Of a DNA stretch of 64,000 bases, positions 57,386 through 64,000 are shown piece by piece (the first letter of the stretch is position 1; each line of letters starts with the position of its first letter). The stretch covers positions 186,001 through 250,000 of the forward strand of contig JAQGDQ010000135.1 in NCBI GenBank assembly GCA_030141605.1. The letters are read 5' to 3'. The stretch comes from Tubiluchus corallicola. Its lineage: Eukaryota; Animalia; Priapulida. Both the position numbers and the translations under genes were made by a program. Under the pieces are notes generated by a model, which was not told the DNA's origin, ran no database searches, and saw only the letters and a list, made by a program, of their open reading frames with translations.

Positions 57386-59011
57386 ACATAAGCAATTTCA
57401 TCGTCATCCACTATCATCGTCATCATCCTCACTTTGGCAGCTTTCACAAGAACTTACATCGCTGCAAAGAAAAACAAAACAATCAGTTAAAACGTTTACA
57501 ACAAGCCATTAAATGATAAATCAAAGACAATGTTTAGTTAAGCGACCAATGTCTTCTAGATGACAAAAGCAGGATTATACCAAAAAAACAGGTGATCAAA
57601 AGGTAATCGTTCCATTTTGCACGACATCAGTTTTGACTGCGTTTTTTACATCTGGCGGTTTTAAAGGATTACCTAACAACAATGAGTTTATATAAGCTAC
57701 TAGCAGATACCAGCAAGAAAGATTAAATGGTTGAGCAGCATGCAGAAATTAAGCTTCCATTCGAAAAACTAATTACAGCCGAGAGCTTGTTACTATAGTA
57801 GTTAATCTGGTGCCCTCTACAGGCCAAAATAACAAACAGCATCCCAATTTCGTATTTTTCGCAGTTCTATGGAGAGAGTTGCAGGATGGAAAAGGCCATC
57901 GTGGAAAAGTGACTATCCGCCAAAGGATATCGTGATAAAAGCATCACTGGATCAAAGGGTCATGGCCAAAAATAAATAAGGTTTGGAGCAGTAATCCTAA
58001 CCCTAACCACTAACCAAACTACTACTTATCAAAGGTTAAAAAAATCACGTTGTGATAATACGAACGGTACCATACGTTTTTTGAGCAGTAATGGTACAGA
58101 TATAAAATACACATCTGTTACAAAAACAAATTTCACTTGTAATATTCATTTCAGTTCAAAAAAATTACTTGCATTGGGAATGGCTGATGCAGTCACTTAA
58201 TATCACTCAGATATCCAGTCACTTAATTGGAATTTTTGCGCATTAACTAAGAATACATTCATTTCTGTATGTGATTGAAAAAGCGACACTATGTCCATTC
58301 ACTTGATTTTACATTTGTGCACATAATAACATTCCACATTATAAAGTATTAATGAGGAAGAGCTATTATAGTTCAAAAATTTGCATTCTTGCTAGTAAAA
58401 ATGACATTCTAGTTTGTGGCTGTATAAACTCTGACGTTTTATTAGAGTCTCCATTTTTTAAAAACTGGCGAAACACCTTATGTGAAAATTTTTAGGTAAG
58501 GTATTTTACGTAAATTTTTAGGCAAGGTATTTTTAATATGTATTTTAGATTTTTAGCCAATAATTTTTAGTCTGTTTCATCAATAATTTTTGTGTGTTAT
58601 AAATGTATGCAATATAATACGGCGTGCTACGTATACTGAATTAAAATAAAAATTAAAAAATTAATTAAATTAAAATTAAATTTAATTACAGCTAAGTAGA
58701 ATCAGTGCAACAGCAAAAGTAATCAACCATTTTTGCACAGTAGACTGTCATTTTCGGCACGGGTGCTGATAGGAAGCACAGAGCACTTTAAAATAAGCAA
58801 AAGTACTTTGTCGGTTCCCAGTTTTAGAACCAGCAGCCTATGCAATAAGTCTACTTTGATTAAGCCTGCAGGCACCTGCATATGCATCATGTGATGCGTT
58901 TTCCGCCCAACGCATTGCTGCAAAAATACATTTACTATTTAAACATACTCATAATCACAGTCATAAGCAATTTCTTCACCATCATCACCATTAAACTCAA
59001 TATCTGCATAA
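57386..59011 (-). other. Tandemly duplicated exon-like blocks encoding acidic peptides (59011-58949 intact; 57461-57386 apparently frameshifted)
   Basis: Both blocks have polypyrimidine-AG acceptors and GT donors, share GAAATTGCTTAT (EIAY), and have homologous flanking intron sequence. Confidence 0.4.
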
Positions 59012-59145
59012 CTACAAAAAACAAAATATTCAGCTGAAAGTGTTTCCGATGTCATAAAATTATAAATCAAGAAGTGTGCAAATCACGAAATGTTTAGTTA
59101 AACTACTAAGATGTTCTAGGTGACTCGGCAAGTTTATTATAACAT

Positions 59146-59400
<255 letters not shown>

Positions 59401-60822
59401 GCTAATAAACAGTTTACTAAAGGCAATTTTCGGGTTTATATGACGTCACTTGTGACTGGTTTCTTTACACATTGCAATTTTAAAAGATTGCTTAAGACAC
59501 CAAGTGACAATGCTTTAATCAAACTGATATAAGTAGAGTAGATGTGGAGTAGATTGCAGGTAGCAGGGCCTTTCGGAAAAGGTATTCCTGGACAAGATAT
59601 TACTTCAAAAAGAGCAGAATCAGCAGAAAAAGAACCACTAATCAAAATATCACTTATGGCTTTTGTGACTTTTCATTTAGGTCCATATCACAGTGAGGAC
59701 GCGCTGCAAACCGCCTTGAGGAGAAATTCCTCACGAAAATGAAACACATTGTTTTCTATGGCGCATTTCTCTAAGGAGAACGCGCGGCGAATTCTGCTGC
59801 CAGCTAAAAGCTATGCGCTCTCCTCATGAGGAATTTTGTCGCATGGTAAAGATACTTCATGTTGGATTATCATGAGGAACCCTCGCTGAATTCAATCTTA
59901 AATTTAACTACTCAATTACTTCTTTCTTATTTAACGAAACAATAATATTAACACATTTGTTTAAGTTGTTGCTGCTGCATGTAATTAGTAGAGTTAGTAT
60001 TTTGTGTGTTTGTGTATGTGTAATCATTTATGTTTTTTAGTAAATTATATGGCAATTTTAATGCTGAAATAAAAGACGAATTGAATTGAATTAAGTTGGT
60101 CACCGGACAAACCATGTTGAAGCAAACAGGAGACAAGCTGTATGACTTGTTGACGTGAAGCCGCTCAGGGCAAAACGAGTTGAAAATGTTTCAACCTAGA
60201 GGTCTCACAAAACCATTTCAAAGCGATCGCGTAAAAACCAGTTTTGGAAGTAGTTTGAAACCATTTTCAAATCGTCTTACATTGAAATGTTTGACTGGGG
60301 TGTTGACAACAATGTCTTCTGTTTGTTTCAAAACAGTCTGTTCAATGCTCATGTGAACACTTAAACAGTTTTGAACACTTTTTGCTTAAACGTATAAGAA
60401 GGTGACCGTCGACAATAACGACAAACGTAAGAATGTTCAATGACCTCCTAAAATACATTAATACATAACAAATGTTGTCACTACTATGCTTTGTAATCCG
60501 ATTAAAATTTTAAATGAAATAGACACATAGGCTGGAGATCTTGGAACATATATAAAATTCGATCGTCAAGCCAATTTTTTTCCTTTTTTTGGCCCTCCAT
60601 GCACCATACATTGAGTGTTGCTGGTTGCACCTAAAATGAAAGAAAAAATGAAATGAAAAAACTAGCTATTAGATTTACAAAGTACGTCGACATTAATTTA
60701 TTATTGCATAATTTTAAGTTGTCAACATTTGCTTGGCAAATCACTGTAAATTCCTTTTCTCCGAGACTTGAACTTGACTGTGATTCACTAAGACGCTACA
60801 TATATGAAAATATTACACAACA

Positions 60823-60895
60823 ATTCATTCATTCATTCGTTCATTCATTCGTTCGTTCGTCCATTCATTCATTCATTCACTCATTCATTTATTGA
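60823..60895. repeat. (ATTC)n microsatellite
   Basis: Directly visible. Confidence 0.9.
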
Positions 60896-61274
60896 TGGTA
60901 ATGATGAAATAAGAGGTACAAATACACAAATACAATAACAAGACATATAGAAGATTTATAATAGATTCTTTAGCTGCTTACACAACCCTACTAGATACCA
61001 AATTCTCAGCAAAAAAATCTTATTTAAAAACTTCATAAATTGGCATGATTTTTGTAGAGCCTACAAGAGCTCGGAAAAAACAATTCCTTGTAATCCATTG
61101 AACTCTTCCAAAGGTAAGAATATTTCAAATGATACATATGCAAAAAGTCAAGAAACCAGTGTAGGTTCTTTCAATGTAGCATACTTCAAGATCCAAACAT
61201 AGCTTTCTGTGTTTATTTTACCAATTATTACCGATTGCGGGCAATGAGTTGGAGAAGGGAGACGCTGAAAAGTT

Positions 61275-61346
61275 GTGGACTAGTCGGGATTTGAATCCGA
61301 AATCTGGAATTAGTACTCCCATGCTCTACCAGCTGAGATACCCTCA
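61275..61346 (-). pseudogene. tRNA-like sequence (pseudo-tRNA or SINE head)
   Basis: Reverse complement GGTATCTCAGCTGGTAGAGCAT...GGATTCAAATCC...AGTCCA has A and B boxes, but the acceptor and anticodon stems pair poorly. Confidence 0.5.
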
Positions 61347-62699
61347 TCATGACAGAGCAAGCCTGAGATTTCCTCCTTGTGGCCCACAATCCAACAACGC
61401 CACTTGTATCCATGACTGTTGGGGGATACGGTAGGGGGGAAATTTTGGCAATAGCAGTCATAATTAATTAATGATATCGTTAGTTGCCAGCTAATATGAG
61501 AAAACATTGATACCTAGGGTAAGTTGTTATGCATGTTTTACTTTGTTTTACCGTGTTGCATTTTTACGAACTACAGAATACCAGGGAACCTTAATTGGTA
61601 TTACTCACATATTACTATAATGTTGCCATTTTGATCATTTTTCTGGTTAGCGCGCCCGTGTTCTGTGATGTACAAAACTTTCAGGGGATGGACAAAAAAA
61701 TTTATCACCTGATGATGAAGGTGCCCTGTCATTTGTGGCTCCAGGGAACAGAAGAGAACAGACTAAGAGGTCCTAGCTTGCTCTGAAACCTACCTCTGGC
61801 CACAGCTGAAAATTTTTAAAGTAAAAGCTGGAAAGTGAAGGATGAAAATGGGAAATCTATCAGACTAATAAAAGGTGTGCAATCCGCCAAACTCACCCTA
61901 CAATACTGGAGCCAAGAGGTAAGGCCAAGTTGTAACGTCATGTCAAAATCTGAGTTATAACCAAAATTGTAACCTGAGGATTGCCCAACGAAGTGATGCT
62001 GCACGATGGTATAACGCCTTTCAAGATAGCCTATAGGAAGCTCGGAGCGGCTATCCTATTGGGGCATTTCGATTTTTAAAACATTATTCGACACTAGGCA
62101 ACAGTTAACGTTTATCCCGATAAAGATTCTGCCAGTTGGTCCATACCTGCTTATGTAATAGTTTCTTTTTAGATTAAGTTCGCTTTGGGACCTTATTCGC
62201 AGCATATCTGTGCTAAACGCTTTCTACGCTTTGCCCCCAACTGGCATCTGGTCCCACGTTCCCACTCAGAGCTTTACATTTCATAAAACAGTAAACACAT
62301 GCATGATGTATAAATCTTTGGAATAGAACTGCATCGGGCAAAAATTCGAATAATTCCACTAATAACGGTATTTAAATTTAAGAAAACCACTCTTCTTTTA
62401 ACTATCGATATCTACCACAAATAAATCAGGAACGCTATTACAACGACTGTGGCTATTTCAACAGCAGCAATGCCCAGCTTGTAAAGTGAAAAAGTAAAAG
62501 ACTTTAACCTTCATTATAAAATGCAGTAGGCCTATTCTATTTTTACTGACAGAGCAGTCGACAATGTGCATAGATTACAAAACGGAATAATTCTGCTATA
62601 ATTTTCATCGCAAAAGAGCGTTACATATAGGAAGACCCTGTGCATTGAAATTAGGAAGATCAAACCAAGATTATGAATAATTAATTAAGTAACCATGGA

Positions 62700-62968
62700 T
62701 TATCTAACCTACCTATCAACCTACCTACCTACCTACCTACCTACCTACCTACCTATCTACCCACCTATCTACTACCTGCCTTTCTACCTACCTATCTACC
62801 TACCTATCTACCTATCTACCCAGCTATCTGCTACCTGCCTTTCTACCTGCCTACCTACCTATCTACCTACCTACCTACCTACCTACCTACCCAGCTACTT
62901 ATCTATCTACCTACCTACCCAGCTACCTACCTACACAGCTACCTACCCACCTACCTACCTACCTACCT
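62700..62968. repeat. (CTAC)n microsatellite
   Basis: Directly visible. Confidence 0.95.
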
Positions 62969-63646
62969 TCTTGCGACTTCATAAGATGTGCAATGTGGTG
63001 TGTAATAAATATGCACTTTCTCGGCCTTGTTTCGAGCGTTGATGCCCAGAGTATAAGATATATTAACTCATGCTTCCTGGGCAAATGGTTAGCGAGCATT
63101 CTGTGGTGTGTGTTTAAGTGGCGGAAAGTTAATCAACGCCAAAGTAAGTGAGCGGATGAATGATTGCTAGGTTAAATAATCGCTGTGGATGATCTCATTC
63201 ACCATACCGATTCTGATCGTTTCCTCACTGAGTGAGGATATTTTCAATTCAGAATGTGGCAGAGGAATCTTGTCCACCTCAGCACCCCTCGTTAAAGGAT
63301 CATCGTTGATAACAAGCTAGGTTCTGGTCTGACATAAACTGGTCTGACATCTAGCTTAAGAGGATCACGACTTTACAGAGGACCGAATTGTATAAAAATA
63401 CAGTAAAGTGCGTGAAGTGTCACACTTAATTAACAGACTTATAGATTCAATAATGTTTGGTATTTAAAGGATTACATAGTTTTATTCAGTCGAATATATA
63501 TATTGCTCTCTACGATTTTTGTACAGACGTTATGTTTTAACTTCTTACTTGCAAAATTAATTAAATGTTGTAGCAACAATTGATGCAAAGTTAACTTGTC
63601 CTATCTAAGTTTAATCTAAATTCTATGGGCCATTAAACTAACACTG

Positions 63647-63842
63647 TAAAGTTGCGTTTACCTAGCATCCGGAATGCGTATGAGTCATTCACCTGCGGAA
63701 TAGTGGCCTATTAAAAAATCAATAGGCAATAGCTACAGAAAAAAATGCACAACGCAGGTCTGATAAACGGGTCCGTTGAAAATTCTGCATCCGCATACGC
63801 ATAAAGCATACGCATTACGGATGCTTGGTAAACGCCACTTTA
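63647..63842. mobile_element. PIF/Harbinger-like MITE
   Basis: ~36-bp inverted repeats: TAAAGTTGCGTTTACCTAGCATCCGGAATGCGTATG versus the reverse complement TAAAGTGGCGTTTACCAAGCATCCGTAATGCGTATG. Outer trinucleotides are TAA/TTA. Confidence 0.75.
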
Positions 63843-64000
63843 GAGTGAACCACCTAGTTTTTGTCACACTGTTAATAAAAAAAGAAACGAAAATTTGCTA
63901 ATCAGAAGAACCACGTTTTTTATTTACCATTTCGTAACCCAACTGTTCACGAATGCTAAAGATAGCAGATGGCAAACCTAGTTGTCCATTAGGAAAGTAA

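Noticed and set aside
57395-57410. In-frame TGA codons near a CxxC motif as possible selenocysteine
   Set aside because: A 1-nt frameshift explains them better, given the EIAY homology to exon A, and no convincing SECIS was seen.
61595-61786. ORF with a signal-peptide-like hydrophobic stretch
   Set aside because: No ATG before the hydrophobic segment, and it runs into repeat-like sequence.

Overview
AT-rich, intron-containing invertebrate animal DNA; it is not prokaryotic and has no CRISPR, rRNA or intact tRNA. Manual splice-site reconstruction gives four host genes. (1) The 5' coding exons of C2CD3 (minus strand) run off the left edge. (2) A complete 5-exon ASB1/ASB12-like ankyrin-SOCS-box gene (plus) lies head-to-head with C2CD3, and its first coding intron must be GC-AG. 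(3) A complete 16-exon, ~993-aa type II membrane M1 aminopeptidase (APN-like; minus, 12599-44007) has altered residues around the GAMEN motif. (4) A 4-exon secreted two-domain Kazal inhibitor (plus, 52254-54695) has atypical 8-Cys domains. Intron 9 of the aminopeptidase holds an unexplained same-strand single-exon ORF encoding a signal peptide, Cys-rich domains and a probable GPI signal; this is the best novelty candidate. A duplicated acidic/Tyr exon-like pair lies at 57.4/59.0 kb. The rest is introns and intergenic DNA with decayed LINEs, MetaSINE-like SINEs, MITEs (Tc1-, hAT- and Harbinger-like, plus a TTAGGG-bearing family), an inverted Penelope-type fragment with a decayed minimal hammerhead ribozyme, and many microsatellites. 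Homology calls are from recalled motifs, not database searches.
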